Positions 13,491-29,501 of a DNA stretch of 64,000 bases are shown one piece after another. Both the position numbers and the translations under genes were made by a program. Under the pieces are notes generated by a model that was given only the letters and a program-made list of their open reading frames with translations, ran no database searches and was not told the DNA's origin. Positions within the stretch are counted from its first letter, which is position 1. Each line of letters starts with the position of its first letter. The DNA is taken from assembly GCF_009914755.1 (NCBI RefSeq), contig NC_060927.1. The stretch is one strand, 5' to 3'. This DNA comes from the human T2T-CHM13v2.0 reference genome, Homo sapiens.

Positions 13491-14437
13491 TTATATAGAT
13501 TATTGATTTTTTTGCAGCATACTTTATCACTCAATAATTATATAGTAACCTAACATTGTTTCATAACTATGTTTACAATGATTACATTGTTGCTTTCCAT
13601 GACTTTCTATTTTTTTTATTTTTATTTTTAGCTATACCTGCTGGAATGGGACAACTTTCTATCCCATCTTCCTTCAGTCAGATCCCCTCAGCTGCCCACC
13701 CCTGCCCTCACGCTGAGCCTTTCTGCTCTATTCTGATGGTTTTCTCAGGTCCTGGGAAGGGGTTTATTCATTTACTTTTCTTTCAGGCCCTCTTTTCACA
13801 TGTGACTAGTCGGTCAAGACTTTGTGCAATCTTTTCCCATCTGGATCGTTTCCTGAAAAAAATGTTTTTAAGTTTCTGGTCCATTCATGACAATATTCCT
13901 TGTTGTTCGGGGTATTACAGATGATTACTCAATATTTTTGAACTTTTTGGTGTTTTTATAAAGTTTGGGTGGAAAAAGAGCTAAGAGTGAGGGCTCCAAA
14001 GTACGTTTTGACATGGACAACTTGGTAAGTTCCCTGCCCCAGTGTGTAGGCCCAAGGGGGTGGCAATTAGGATTAAGCGTCTGACAATCCTGATTTCCAC
14101 AGAAGCCCCACTTCCTGCTCAGAAAGCGTGTTCTCCTGCGGCTCACCTCCTCACGAAGTTCCCAGTGGCCCTACAGGACACACGGGCTGTCTCCCTGGTA
14201 ACAGTTAAGCCCTCACTCCTTGACCTATCAGTCCTTTTATAACTTAGGCCAAGGTTTAAATTTTAGCTAAAATTATTACTGCATTCCTCCAGAAGAAACT
14301 CATTGTGTGGACATACTGAGATTTATCTAATCGATTGAATCTCCATAGATTTATCTAATCTGTTGAACATCTCCATCAGTTTTGATAACTAATGATAGTT
14401 GTCAAAATTCCTGTTTTACCTTTAAAAATAAGAGCTG

Positions 14438-14637
14438 AAACAATAGCCAGTGGGGACTACTAGAGCGGGGAGGGAGGGACAGCGGCAAGGGTTGAATAAT
14501 TATTGGGTACTATGCTCAGTACCTGAATGATGGGATCATTTGTACTCCAAACCTCAGCATCAAACAGTATACCCAGGTAACAAACCTGCACATATCTCCC
14601 ATGAATCTAAAATAAAAGTTGAAAAAAAAAAAAAAAA
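14438..14637 (+). mobile_element. 5'-truncated L1 3' end (L1PA16/L1PB4-like) with poly(A)
   Basis: GGGTACTATGCTCAGTACCTG...CAAACCTGCAC...CTAAAATAAAAGTTG followed by A16; TSD-like AAGAGCTG on both sides. Confidence 0.85.
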
Positions 14638-15039
14638 TTCTTACCACGTTAAATAAATAAAGAGCTGGATTTGCTGCCCCCTTGTGTCTTAGAACAGCCA
14701 TAACAACATCATCATTTGTATCCTTTCTTATTCCTTACCAGCTCGGGTTTCACCTGGCCTGATTGCTCAAATTACACCTCGGGGGTTAGCAGACCACATC
14801 TCTCAGTTGCAAAGAGCTCTCCTAAGGGAAAGGCTTTTATTACCAGGACCAAGTTCAGCTCTGTCTGACTGCTAAGGTTTGAATCATCAGAACAGAAAGA
14901 AATTTGGCATGGAACAGATTTACCAAGATACAGTTAGCAGGTACTCAGGTACCAAAAAAGATGTATTTTATAATATCACTAACTCAGATACCAAGCGCTA
15001 CTCAGAAAGCAGGCTAGGAAAATTCATTTTAATGGATGT

Positions 15040-15640
15040 TTCATTCTTTTATTTACCTGATGTTACTGAGTGCCAGACACCGTTCTTGGCATTAGAAAAC
15101 AAAACTGAAGAAATACAATAAGCAAATAGGCAAACAACTACTGCAATATAATGCTAGTTAGTGATAAGTACTAACATGAAAATGAACTAATGGTAAATAA
15201 ATAGAGGGTAATAGGGTGATTTATGGAAACCACTCAGAGGGTGACATGCAGAACTGTGAATGAAGTAACAGCAAGACATGGGAAGGTCCAGGGAAGAGTG
15301 TAGGTAAAAGAAACTGCAAGGGCAAAAGTGTTGAGGTGGAAAGAGTCTGGTATGTTTGAAGAACAGCAAGAAAGTCAGTATGGTAACAGCAGAGTGAGGG
15401 AGGCTGAAGTGGCAAGAGATGAGATGGAAAGATAGGTAGACCTTGTATGTATGATGAGAAAATTGGATATTACTCTGAAAGTGATGTGAATCCATTGGAG
15501 AATTGAGCAGGGGAGCAGTATGATTTAAATTATATTTCAAAGCTGTCATTCTGACTGCTGGGCAGAAAAATGAATCTAGGTGACAAAAAGGGAAATAGGA
15601 TGGTAAAATAGAAAATTATTGCAGACAGAAATATTCCCAT
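15040..15640 (-). mobile_element. L2 fragment
   Basis: Reverse L2 3' end (TTCATTC...ACTGAGTGCCAGACACCGTTCT) followed by a purine-rich L2 body (GTTTGAAGAACAGCAAGAAAG...). Boundaries approximate. Confidence 0.65.
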
Positions 15641-16234
15641 CACCCTAGAATATAGACTGCCCCAAGACAGAGTTCTTTATTGCTTAGACCTTTGTGTCTT
15701 AGGTTAGTGATCACTGGAGTTAGTGTGGGTCATGAAGTTGATGAGAAGCCCTACTGGGCCAGGGCTCTCTTTTCCTTCTCTTGTTACCACATAAAATTTG
15801 TATGGGATTCAGTTGACCTTTTTAAAGAAGGATGAAACTCCTGGTTGAAAATTGAGCTCTGGTAGCTGATGAGATGGCATGTAGGCACTCCCCCAGGGTA
15901 GATGACCTGCTTAGGAGAGGTGAGGACACTGACACAATGGCTGGACAGCAGGTGAAGGAAAAGCTGGGGAGGGGACATGTGCCCTCACCTATTCTTAAAT
16001 AAATATTTTGGGATAAGGAGTCTTGTCTTAAAGCTCCTCACATAGACAAAAAGAAGTGAAGGAACTGGAGAATGGGGTGGAGTAGGATGTGGAAGTAGGA
16101 TGACTAGAAGGTACAGAATTACCATCTTCAGATATCTGAAGGACTATTTTTTTTTTTTCACAGAAGGATTAGCATTGTTTTCTCAGCCTCCCGATACAGA
16201 GAAGAATTAAAAAGGCGGGATAATATTTACAACC

Positions 16235-16590
16235 TGTATTAGTCTGTTCTCACACTGCTAATAAAGACATACCCAAGACTGGGTAATTTATAAAGGAAAG
16301 AGGTTTAATAGACTCACTGTTCCACATGGCTAGGGAGGCCTCACAATCATGGCGGAAAGCAAACGAGAAGCAATGGCACATCTTACATGGCAGCAGGCAA
16401 GAAAGCACGTGCAGGGAAACTCCCATTTATAAAACCATCAGACCTCATGAGACTTATTCATTTACTTGAGAATAATATGCGGGAAACCACCTCCACGATT
16501 CAATTATCTCCACCTTGCCTCACCCTTGACACATGGGGATTATTACAATTCGAGGTGAGATTTGGGTGGGGACACAAGCAAACCATATCA
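16235..16590 (-). mobile_element. THE1-type solo LTR
   Basis: TGTATTAGTC...CCATATCA termini; perfect 5-bp TSD CAACC (16230-16234, 16591-16595). Confidence 0.92.
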
Positions 16591-16708
16591 CAACCCAAAG
16601 CAAGAGAGTAATTTCCATCAGAGCGGCTAATGGTAAGGTAGGCTGCCTTGTGGAATGAGGTTCCATTACTGTAAGCATTCAAGCAACAGTGGGAGGCCTG
16701 TGGGTGAG

Positions 16709-17213
16709 TGTGCCAGACTCCCAGATGGCACCCAGGGATCCTTGCCTCCTGGTGTTCATACCTTGTTTAGTGAATAGCATTAACTATGTAACCAATAAGA
16801 TACTGCAGAAATGACAGTGTTACTTCTGGTACTAGGTTATAAAAGACATTGTGGTTTCTACCTCCCTGGTATTTAGATTATTGCCTCTGGAAAAACCAGT
16901 CTTCATGTCAGGAGGACGCTCTAGCAGCTTTTTGAAGAAGCCCATGAGATTAGAAACCTGAGGCCTCTTAACAACAGCCAACAATGCAAGTGAGCTGTTT
17001 TAGAAATGGATCTTCCGACTCCAGTCAAACTCTCAGGTCATTATGACCCTGGTCAACATCTTAACTGCATCCCGATGAGAGACCCTGAGCACAACTGACT
17101 CAGTTAAGCCATGTGTTAATTCCTGACCCACAGAAACTTTGAGATAATAACTGCTTTGGGTGAATTAAGCCAAGTTTTAGGACAACTTTTTATGTAGCAA
17201 TAGATAACTAATT
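16709..17213 (+). mobile_element. MLT1 (F/G-type) LTR
   Basis: CAGATGGC...CCTTGCCTCCTGGTGTTCA start; TTCCTGACCCACAGAAACT...GCAATAGATAACTAAT end. Confidence 0.72.
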
Positions 17214-17999
17214 TTGTGCCGTACAAGAAATTCACACTTCAGCTGGAACTGAAATCAAATGGCTTTCTGAAGCCCTTTTTAGCCCAGATCTTTGGTTTTT
17301 GACAGTCACTTTATTGGAAAAGAAGTGAAGTTAGACTCAGCTCCCGGCCATCCTTAAGATATATTTGCCTCTTTTCTCTCTAGCTAATTTTAGCAATCCT
17401 CCGGAGCACTGGGCAGCCAAATGTTTCAGCTACCTGGACAGGGCCCAAGGCTGGCTTTCGAGAGATGCCATTACATTATAGACTTTATCACTTATGTGTT
17501 GCTACAGAGCTCATATTGAATAATTCTCTAGACACTGAGAATAGACAATCTCATTAAGTTTTTAAAAATAACGCCATGGATGTATATACAAATTAGGTGC
17601 TTATATGTAATACATACATACATATAAATACATATTTACATGTGGATATACCTTTTTAGGCATATATGCATTTAATCAAATAACTCACATGTTATATATG
17701 TATGCATAAACAAAATAATCTATATAGACTTGACTTACTAGAAATCTGACATTTCTAAAAGTCATCACAGAGACCACATTCACCTCAAGAGCTGGACAAA
17801 TACTACCAAATGAACTAAAGCCGCTGCTACTGTCTTACTAACTAATAACTTATCAGTTTTACTTGAAGGAGAAGAATAGTCATTAAAGGTCCTCGAACCC
17901 TATAAACATCTCTACCACTGTGGGAGCCTATCGAAATTTTTGTATAATTTTTCTGATTGATGGTCAATTGTAAATACCAATTTAATGCTTGTCTCTGTA

Positions 18000-18661
<662 letters not shown>

Positions 18662-19615
18662 TACTAAGCACCCCAGAAGGATGTGCACACCACCTCTGCC
18701 TTTGGTTTATGTGGAATGTCACCCCCAGCAAAACCCATCTTGTGCTAACAACACACAGTTATGGTGTTTCTGTAAGAAACCTTAACTTGTCCTGAGAATT
18801 TGAAGAGGAATCCTTCCGCTTCCAGAGATCTTTGTTATTCGCTCTCATGACCTATCTATCTTGGCATGATGTGATGGTTGTATGAATGCCAGCAAATCAC
18901 TATAGACTCTAAGTTCACTGACAGCAGAGTCTGCCTTCTTTGTAAATAAATACTTTACTCTTACCACACATACTGAAATATAGTAGAGTTCAACAAATGT
19001 TTCTTAAATGATGAGGGGTCTTTTGGTCTTATATAGTTCAGGTGGTTGGGGTATGGAGTAAAGGATTTAAATATTTGGCCAATCAAATTAAAAAGGGAAG
19101 CTGTCCTGGATTTGTTTTAAGTGATGATCCAGGGCAGAGGATTTGCTCAGGACTTAGCAGTAGAATGATGCTCTACCTGAAAAGCTTGTTTGTTTTTGCT
19201 GAGTAGGTACTGAGCACTTTCTCACTATTTTTCTCTCCCTTCTCACATTGGTAGCTGCAAACATAGAGCTTGTTTTGTGGTACTCCTATAACACATGTAT
19301 ACATCTATGCCCCAAATCCAGTCCTGGATCCATCTTATTTACAGTTTTATTCCCTTTTACCTTCTGCTTTTGTTTTTACTATTAAAATTTTTTTTAAATT
19401 TCAAATTTCCAAATGCAACTCCTTGAAATTCTTCATAATCATTCTTCATAATTCCTCATAATTCTTCAAAAAGAATTCCTTAAAATCATCTAATTTAGTA
19501 CATAATTAAGTTGTCTGTGTTATCTCAAACATGCCTTTTTATAGTTGATTTGATTCAGTCAGAAAGTTCACATATCACATCGGGTTGTGCGTCTCAATTC
19601 TTTTTAACTTTATAG

Positions 19616-20087
<472 letters not shown>

Positions 20088-20343
20088 AGATTTGGATTTT
20101 TTAATGTGACTATTTCAGTGCTAGTGTTGGACTGTTCCTGCAGCGTTATATTAGGAGACACGTGATGTCTGATTGCCTTTCTTTTCTTAATTGATCAGTA
20201 AGATCAGATGGTGTCAGCCTGACCCATCCACTATAAAGTTCCCCACAACATCTTAATTAATGAGTTTAGCAGATTTAGATTTTTTTCTTTATCATTATTT
20301 CATTAGGACTGCAAAATAGTGATATTCTGATCCTATTGTTCCC

Positions 20344-20653
20344 TTTTATTTTTTATTTATTTACTTTTTGAGATAGAGTCTTGCTCTGTCACCCAGGCTG
20401 GAGTTCAGTGGCGCAATCTCAGCTCACTGCAACCCCCACCACCTGGGTTCAAGTAATTCTCATGCCTCAGCTTCGCGAGTAGCTGGGATTACCAGTGTGC
20501 TCCACCAGGCCCAGCTGATTTTTTTGTATTTTTAGTAGAGATGGGGTTTCACCACATTGGACAGGCTGGTCTCAAACTCCTGACCTCAAGTGATCTCCCT
20601 ACTTGGCCTCCCAAAGTGCTGAGATTACAGGTGTGAACCACTGCGCCTCGGCC
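20344..20653 (-). mobile_element. Alu (AluSx/Sz-type)
   Basis: Reverse Alu dimer. Confidence 0.92.
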
Positions 20654-23600
20654 CCTTTTCTTTTATTAATTGTAATTCTTCTCTAAAGAATAGCTTCCCC
20701 TGAACTATTATTTGGTTATCACAAAATGCAGATTACATAAGGAAGCCAAGATAAATATGTAATATTTTTCCCTTGCCTATTTTTGAAATAAATAGTTGGT
20801 TTTTTTTATTTAAAATATCATTATTAATTTATGGATTTTTAGCATATTTGATGTACTTCAATGAATTGTGGCCATTATTCTTTTTGATGATCCAATTATT
20901 TTGTTTTTGGCCAGTGAAAGCTTCTTCAGGTTAGTTTCATTTGCCTTTTGTCTTTTGACGTGACAATAGGAATTTTTGAAATCTGGTACAAGAAAATATT
21001 CCAGGCTCATTTTATACATTTATTGACTTATATCTGAAGGAATTATTTTTCCAGAAAGTTCTGATCACTTTTGGTGATCCAGGTGCTGAGAGGTACTTGT
21101 TGCTAATGGATTGATGATTTATTTCTTTCAGGTCTGTGTAATAGACAAAGTTAGGAAGTTCATAATTTTTATGGGCAATACAATTTCATTATGATATAAT
21201 ACTTATATTTCCAATTCAAATTCAGATAATAGGAATTTTTATTTACCATCTTAGATTTTATGTATTTCCAATCTCTTTTTGATTACCATAAAAATCTTGG
21301 TTCCCAGTAACATTAATAGAAGCACTAATACAATGTGTTACTTACCCTATTAAAATAAAAATAATAACACTGTAATTACTCCCCATCCCCACACTTCAGC
21401 CTCCATGAGATATATGGAAACAGTCAAATTATTATGTTTTAAAGTCATTTGAAATAATTCACCATTGAGTAAGCCACAGATTTCATAATGTTAGGTTAAT
21501 TTTTTCCCCAAGTTTTCAGAATTTTTAAAAATTCAATTTTTTTGTTTTATAATTATGTAAAAAATAACATGGACCCAAAACAACACAACACAACAAAGCA
21601 CATTTAGAAATATCTGTGTTCTACCTGTGTCTCCTCTACCCTGTTCCCTCCTCCCCAGTGAACAATAATATTCCTTAGTTTTTAACTTATCTTTCCATTT
21701 ATTTTTAATATAGTCAAATATGTATCTTTCATCCTTCGAGGAAAGGTAGCAATCTTTATATACAGTTCTGCCCCTTGGTTTTTTCTTTTCCTTTTTTTGT
21801 TTTTTAGTTGAGAGGCTATCCTGGATATCACTCCATAATGGTTTATAGAGATTATCCTCATTCTTTTGTTTAGCTCCATAGTTCTTTACTGGGTGGTGTT
21901 TCATATTTTATTCCTCTTGTATCTTACCATAGGTAAGGTATGCCGTACAGTTTAGGTTGTTTCCAATTCCGACTGCTACAAACAACATAGTACTGAATAG
22001 CGATTTGTGTATATCATTTTCTGTTTTTGTCAACATATGTTAGGCATAAATTTCTAGACATAGGATTGCTGGGTCAAAGGGAAATGCATGTATTATTTTG
22101 TTAGATATTTTTGACTGTTTTAAAAATAGAACATATTATTATGTTGTATGCATCTTTGAAAGCTACTTTAAACTTTTTTATAAAAAGAACATTGGGGCAT
22201 AAATTACTTTTAATATTTATTATAATAATAATATGAAGCACTAAGTAACATACATTTATAATTATATAAATATCTATCTTTTATAGGCATAAGACTCTGT
22301 TATAAAAATTAATATTCATCAGGGATTATCCACAAATTTCCCTTTTCCCCCCACTCCACCAAAGTGAATGCAATTGCTGGATGGACCTTTCCCCACTCTT
22401 CCACATGCTTTTCTCATCCCTCACTCCCTACATTTGTCATTGCTAGACCAGTCTCTACAGACTTTTGTAAGAATGGATCAAGAAGGATTTTATGGCAGGG
22501 AGAATGACCCAGGGAGAAAGTTGGAGGGATAGGAGGTGAGAAAAGTGGAGGCGAGGGAGGCTGAAGGTGAACAACATGGTGGAGAGGGGGAGGCAGCAAA
22601 CGAAAGGTGCTGGGGGACACAGAAGGGAAGAAGTAGAGGGGAAGAGACATAGGAATATGAGAAGTGTTGCTACAACTTGTGAGTCTGATCCACTCTCATC
22701 TTCTTTTGGAAAAGCAAGTTAATAAAATTCTTCTATAATTGCTTTTCTGGCTCTTATACTGTGTATCTTGAACATGACACCACATAGAGACTGATCTATA
22801 TGGACTGTGACTTCCATAGGGCATCAAGTCTTCATAATGAAAACACCTGAGAGTTTACAGATAATACAATACTGAGATTTAAGTTGGCTGTTGGTGTGAA
22901 ATAAGTTATGTATGAATTAATATAAATGCTGTAGCCTGTGTACTAACTGAAGCCCACCCATATCCCTATAATGTAGGTATGCCTCTTTCTAATTATAAGC
23001 AGACCTACAAGGCAAGACTGAGTCACACCAGATGTCCACTTACATCTTAATGCTTGAGTCCAAGTCTTCTGGCATAAAATTATATAGATCACAGGCAAAA
23101 TATCTAAAAAAGAAGAAAAAAACCCATAGCAACAGAAAGTAAAATCTGATTGTTAGCAAAGCCAATGCATTAGCTAAACAGAATAGTCCGGGGCATCAAA
23201 ATGTTAGCAAGCATGGCTGCCCTCTAAGGAGAAACTGAGGTCAGGTTGCCCCAGATCAAAGCCCGAGGAGAAGCCAGATCCTGCCGTGCACAGAATTCAT
23301 TCACTGGAAAGAAGCCTTCTGGGCCAAGTCCCTGATGGCGTTGAGAGCTGACTGGAAATGCATTCCCTGAGAGAAGGGTTTTGTAATCCTTGATTTAGTT
23401 TATTTCAGTCTGTGGAAAACCTTGTTGCTGAATTCAGGATTCTTTCTTCCAGAGAAGATTTGGGCTTGTGTTTGCAACAGCCTTGGACAGCTACAGACCT
23501 GCAATTCCTTTAATCCCTTTCCTTGTGTCAGGCATAATCCGGGAACCCGAGTTGATTCTGCTCTCCCTCTGCTCAAAGTCCAGCTCTGGATTGTTGTGTT

Positions 23601-23863
23601 GATATTAGCATTTGCCCTGAGGGCAGCTCCCTCTTTTCCTGCTCACTGCTGTGGTTTCACCTCAAGGTTTTAAGAGTAAATGTAAAATTTCCATATATTT
23701 ATCTCCTTTATCCTCATAAGAACCCTGGGAGATAGCAATAATTACCTGCCTCCCTCCAGCAGCCAAAAGAGGGAATAAGGCGTTAGAGGATACCAACTCC
23801 TTGAAAGTTACAGGCCCAGTTAAGTGGTGGAGTCAGCTTTGTCTGCCTCACTCCAAAGTGAAA

Positions 23864-24083
<220 letters not shown>

Positions 24084-24129
24084 TAACCATCCTTGATATT
24101 CCATCTCTACTTCCCACCGAAATGCGTAA

Positions 24130-24438
<309 letters not shown>

Positions 24439-24932
24439 TAAAAACACATTTTGCCACAGCATTGAGAATTAAAGATGGCAACAGACCACTTGCCAATGTC
24501 TGGAAAAATTCTCACTAAGTGAGACATGGAGGAGCTTCGAATGACAAACTTTCGGTGGATAACACTCACTTTGACCTGTGAAACAAAATGGCAAGGCTGG
24601 TCATGACGATGTCAAATAGCAGATTTGACACTCCCCTCCCCCTATTCCTCTCTCTAGGCCATGCCATTCCCGGTTTCTAACTCGCCACAACCACTGAACA
24701 AAGCAGTTGTCTGGGGTGGGAGGAAAACAGCAGTAGGGTCTGTCAGTTTCCTCCCAGCATGAGATGTAAAAACAGCCTAGGCATGGCTGGGTGTGGTGGC
24801 TCACGCCTGTAATCCCAGCACTTTGGGAGGCCGAGGTGGGTGGATCACCTGAGGTCAGGAGTTCCAAACCAGCCTGACCAACATGGTGAAACCCTGTCTC
24901 TACTAAGAATACAAAAATCAGCTGAACATAGT

Positions 24933-25390
24933 TTTCACGCGCATCTGTGTGAAGAGACCACCAAACAGGCTTTGTATGAGCAACATGGCTGTTTATTTCA
25001 CCTGGGTGCAGGCGGGCTGAGTCTGAAAAGAGAGTCAGCGAAGCGAGATAAGGGTGGGGCCGTTTTATAGGATTTGGGTAGGTAAAGGAAAATTACAGTC
25101 AAAGGGGGCTTGTTCTCTGGCGGGCAGGAGTGGGGGTCGCAAGGTGCTCAGTGGGGGGTGCTTTTTGAGCCAGGATGAGCCAGGAAAAGGACTTTCACAA
25201 GGTAATGTCATCACTTAAGGCAAGGACCGACCATTTACACTTCTTTTGTGGTGGAATGTCATCAGTTAAGGTGGGGCAGGGCATATTCACTTCTTTTGTG
25301 ATTCTTCAGTTACTTCAGGCCATCTGGGCGTATAAGTGCAAGTCACAGGGGATGCGATGGCTTGGCTTGGGCTCAGAGGCCTGACTGACA
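24933..25390 (-). promoter_or_regulatory. HERV-H 3' LTR (LTR7) with intact TATA box and AATAAA
   Basis: TTTTATA at 25063-25069 (TATAAAA on minus); TTTATT poly(A) signal near 24992-24997. Confidence 0.9.
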
Positions 25391-27329
25391 TTCCTGCCTT
25401 CTTATATGAATAAGAAAAATAAAACAAAATAGTGTTGAAGTGTTGGGGCGGCGAAAATTTTTGGGGGGTGATATGGAGAGAGAATGGGCGATGTTTGTCA
25501 GGGCTGCTTCAAGCGGGATTAGGGGCGGCGTGGGAACCTAGAGTGGGAGAGATTAAGCTGAAGGGAGGTCTTGTGGTAAGGGGTGATATTGTGGGGATGT
25601 TAGAAGAAACATTTGTCGTATAGAATGATTGGTGATGGCCTGAATATGGTTTTGGATTAATTGAGAAACTAAATGGAGTAACAGAAGGAGAAAAACAGGT
25701 CTAAGAATTGGGACGACTCAGGATATCTGATTAGAGAGTGCCTAAGGAGATTCAGCATAGTCCTGCCAGCAAAGATTATTTATTTACTTCAAGAGTTAAG
25801 AGTGGCAGTTTGGGGATACCACCAGGAGATATCAGCTGTGATGGCTTGGAAAAACAGTGTAAACCGGCAGTGTAAACAAGAGCAGGGCATGTATGAGTAG
25901 TTGAGAACGGTGAATAGGAGTATGACTAGACAGAAGATAGTAGGGATGACAAGTTTTTCTGGGGCACAGTCTAAGTTGGTCTGGTGTCTGGAATGAGACT
26001 GGGGCCTAATAAAAAGGAGCGTCTATACAGGAGCTCAAATGGGCTGTACCCTGTAGCATTCTGAGGACAGGCCTGAATTCTGAGAAGGGAAAGTGGTAAA
26101 AGTATTGTCCAGTCCTTTTTAAGTTGGTGGCTGAGCTTGGTGAGGTGTGTTTTTAAAAGACTTTTAGTCCATTCTACTTTTCTTGAAGACGGAGGACCAT
26201 AAGGGATATAAAGGTTTCACTGAATACTAAGAGCCTGAAAAACTGCTTGGCTGATTTGACTAATAAAGGCTTGTCTGTTATCAGACTGTATTGAGGTGGG
26301 AAGGCTAAAATGAGGAATTATGTCTGACAGAAGGGAAGAAATGACCGTGGTGGCCTTCTCAGACCCTGTAGGAAAGGACTCTACCTATCCAGTGAAAGTG
26401 TCTACCTAGACTAAGAGGTATTTTAGTTATCTGACTCAGGGCATGTTGAGTAAAGCTAATTTGCCAGTCCTGGGTGGGGCAAATCCTTGAGCTTGATGTG
26501 TAGGGAAGGCAGGGGGCCTGAATAATCCCTGAGGAGTAGTAGAATAGCAGATGGAACACTGAGAAGTTATTTCCTTGAGGATAGATTTCCATGATGGAAA
26601 GGAAATGAGAGGTTCTAAGAGGCGGGCTAGTGGCTTGTACTATAGCATAGCCTGCCTTTGCTGGTGTGTGGCGATTAGGCCTGGTGGAACCGCCATCAAT
26701 AAATCAAGCATGATCAGGGTGAGGAACAGGAAAGAAGGAAATTTGGGGAAATGGGGTGAATGTCAGGTGGATCAGAGAGATACAGTCATGGGGGTCAGGT
26801 GTGGTATCAGGAATAATGTGGGAGGCTGGATTGAAGTCCGGGCCAGGAACAATGGTAATTGTGGGAGACTCAACAAAGAGTGAGTACAGCTGAAGGAGCC
26901 GGGGAGCAGAAAGTATATGCGTCAGTATGAGGAAGAAAATAGATTTTGGAAGTTATGAGAACTGTAGAGAGTGAGTTGAGCATAGTTTGTAATTTTTAGG
27001 GCCTCTAAAAGTATTAAAGCAGCGGCAGCCGCTGCACGCAGACATGAGGGCTAGGCTAAAACAGTAAGGTCAAGTTGTTTGGACAGAAAGGCTACAGGGT
27101 GTGGTCCTGGCTCTTGTGTAAGAATTCTGACCACGCTAACCATGCCTAGGAAGGAAAGGAGTTGTTGTTTTGTAGAAGGTGCTGGGGTTTGAGAGATTAG
27201 TCGGACACGATTGGCAGGGAGAGCACGTGTGTTTTTATGAGAATTATGCCGAGATAGGTAACAGATGAGGAAGAAATTTGGGCTTGATTGAAGTAATGGG
27301 GCTGTCTGTGAGCTTTGAGGCAGTACAGC

Positions 27330-27761
27330 CTAGGTAATTTGCTGAGCTTGATGGGTGTCAGGGTCAGTCCAAGTGAAAGCGAAGAGAGGCTGGGATGAAG
27401 GGTGCAAAGGAATAGTAAAGAAAGCATGTTTGAGATCCAGAACAGAATAATGGGTTGTAGAGGCAGGTATTGAGGATAGGAGAGTATATGGGTTTGGCAC
27501 CACGGGGTGGCTAGGCAAAACAATTTGGTTGATAAGGCGCAGATCCTGAACTAACTTGTAAGGCTTGTCTGGTTTTAGGACAGGTAAAATGGGGGAATTG
27601 TAAGGAGAGTTTATAGGCTTTAAAAGGCCATGCTGTAGCAGGTGAGTGATAACAGGCTTTAATCTTTTTAAAGCGTGCTGCGGGATGGGATATTGGCATT
27701 GAGGGGGGTAAGGGTGATTAGGTTTTAATGAGATGGTAAGGGGTGCATGATCGGTCACCAA
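27330..27761 (-). pseudogene. HERV-H pol reverse transcriptase fragment
   Basis: PYNSPILPVLKPDKPYKLVQDLRLIN...YSVLDLKHAFFTIPL...FAFTW motifs; ends at a stop before any YxDD motif. Confidence 0.9.
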
Positions 27762-27914
27762 GGAGGGAGTAGAGGTATCTTATACTTGTGGGTTAAGGTG
27801 GGGGGATACAAGAGGAGGACACAAAGGAGGCTTTGGATTGTGAAGAAGGGTGGCAATGAGATATAGCTGTAGTCCAGGAATAGTCAGGGAAGCAGATAAT
27901 TTAGTTAAAGTGTC

Positions 27915-28139
27915 TCAGCCTAATAAGGGAACTGGGCAGGTGGGGATAACTAAAAAGGAGTGCTTAAAAGAGTACTGTCTAAGTTGGCACCAGAGTTGGG
28001 GAATTTTAAGAGGTTTAGAAGCCTGGTCATCAATACCCACAACAGTTATGGAGGCAAGGGAAACAGGCCCTTGAAAAGAAGGTAATGTGGAGTGGGTTGC
28101 CTCCATATTGATTAAGAAGGGGACGGGCTCACCTTCCAC
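27915..28139 (-). pseudogene. HERV-H protease remnant
   Basis: VPFLINMEATHSTL (the catalytic DTGA motif is lost) ... FLVIPTCPVPLLG. Confidence 0.85.
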
Positions 28140-28315
28140 TGTGAGAGTTACCCGAAGCTCGGCGTCTGTGATGGTCTAGGGGGCTTCCGAGGCGATCGGG
28201 CAGTGTCAGTCTTCAGCCGCTAAGCCGAGAAGATCTGGGAAGGAGTCAGAGAGCCTTGGGCCAGAGTTCCAGGGGCTCTGGGAGTGGCTGCCAGGTGAGT
28301 TGAACAGTCCGATTT

Positions 28316-28552
28316 TCAGTGGGGTCCCACACAGATGGGACGCGGCTTAGGAGGAATCCCGGGCTGCGGGCATTCCTTGGCCCAGTGGCCAGATTTCCAG
28401 CACGTGTAGCAAGCTCCTGTGGGAGGAGGTTCTGGAGGAACACCTGGCTGCTGCGGTTCAGGCGTTTGGAAGTTCTTGTGTGCTGGAGATGTGGCTGGGG
28501 TTTGTCTCACAGTGGAGGCAAGGAATTGCAACTTTTTTCTATTATTGTACAC
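28316..28552 (-). pseudogene. HERV-H gag nucleocapsid remnant
   Basis: CCHC knuckle CYTCWKSGHWAKEC; the second knuckle is degenerate and truncated. Confidence 0.88.
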
Positions 28553-29501
28553 CTTGAAGGCCAGGTTAATTAAATCCTGTTGTGGGGTTTGAGGGCCGGA
28601 ATTTAATTTTTGGAGTTTTATTTAATGTCGGGAGCAGATTGGGTAATAAAATGTATTTTGAGAATAAGACGGCCTTTTGACTTTTTAGGGTCTAGGGCTG
28701 TAAAGCATCTCAGGGTTGCTGCCAAACAAGTCATGAACTGGGCTGGATTTTTATATTTGATGAAAAAGAGCCTAAACGCTATCTGATTTGGGATAAAGAA
28801 AAAGGAGCATTAACCTTGACTATGCCTTTGGCTCCAGCCACCGTTTTAAGAGTAAATTGCTGGGCAGGTGGGGGAGGGCTAGTCATGGAACGAAACTAAG
28901 CCTGACCAGGTGTGAGAAGGGGAGGCAATAAAAGGATTATAGGGTGGAGGAGCGGAGGCTGAGGAAGAATTGGGACCTAGCTCGGCCTGTCGAGGAGGGG
29001 AGAGGTCAGATGGGTCTGTAGAAAAGGAAGATTAGAAAGACTCAGCGACGCTTGGGGTTGGGACTGAGGGTACAGGTGGGAGGGAAAGAAGGAAGATTTG
29101 GGACGAGTTGCACTGGGCACAGAGACTAGGAAGGGACTGATGTGTAAAAGAATGCCTGGACGTCAGGCACCTCAGACCGTTGGCCTATGTTACGACAAGA
29201 ATTATTTAGATCTTGCAGGATGGAAAAATTCAAAGTGCCATTTTCTGGCTATTTGGAACTACTGTGGAGTTTGTATTGGGGTCAAGCGGCATTGCAGAAG
29301 AAAATAAGGCATTTAGGTTTTAGGTCAGGTGTGATTTGAAGAGGTTTTAAGTTTTTGAGAACACAGGCCAAGGGAGTAGAAGGAGGAATGGAGGGTGGAA
29401 GGTTGCCTATAGTGAAGGAAGCAAGCCTAGAGAAAAGAGAGAGTAGAGAAATGGAGGGAAGGGGTTCGGGGGTTCTTACCTTCCAGAAAAGTGGGAAAAG
29501 T

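Noticed and set aside
25400-27300. Possible HERV-H env or intact integrase
   Set aside because: No long minus-strand ORF; provirus length fits the env-deleted form.
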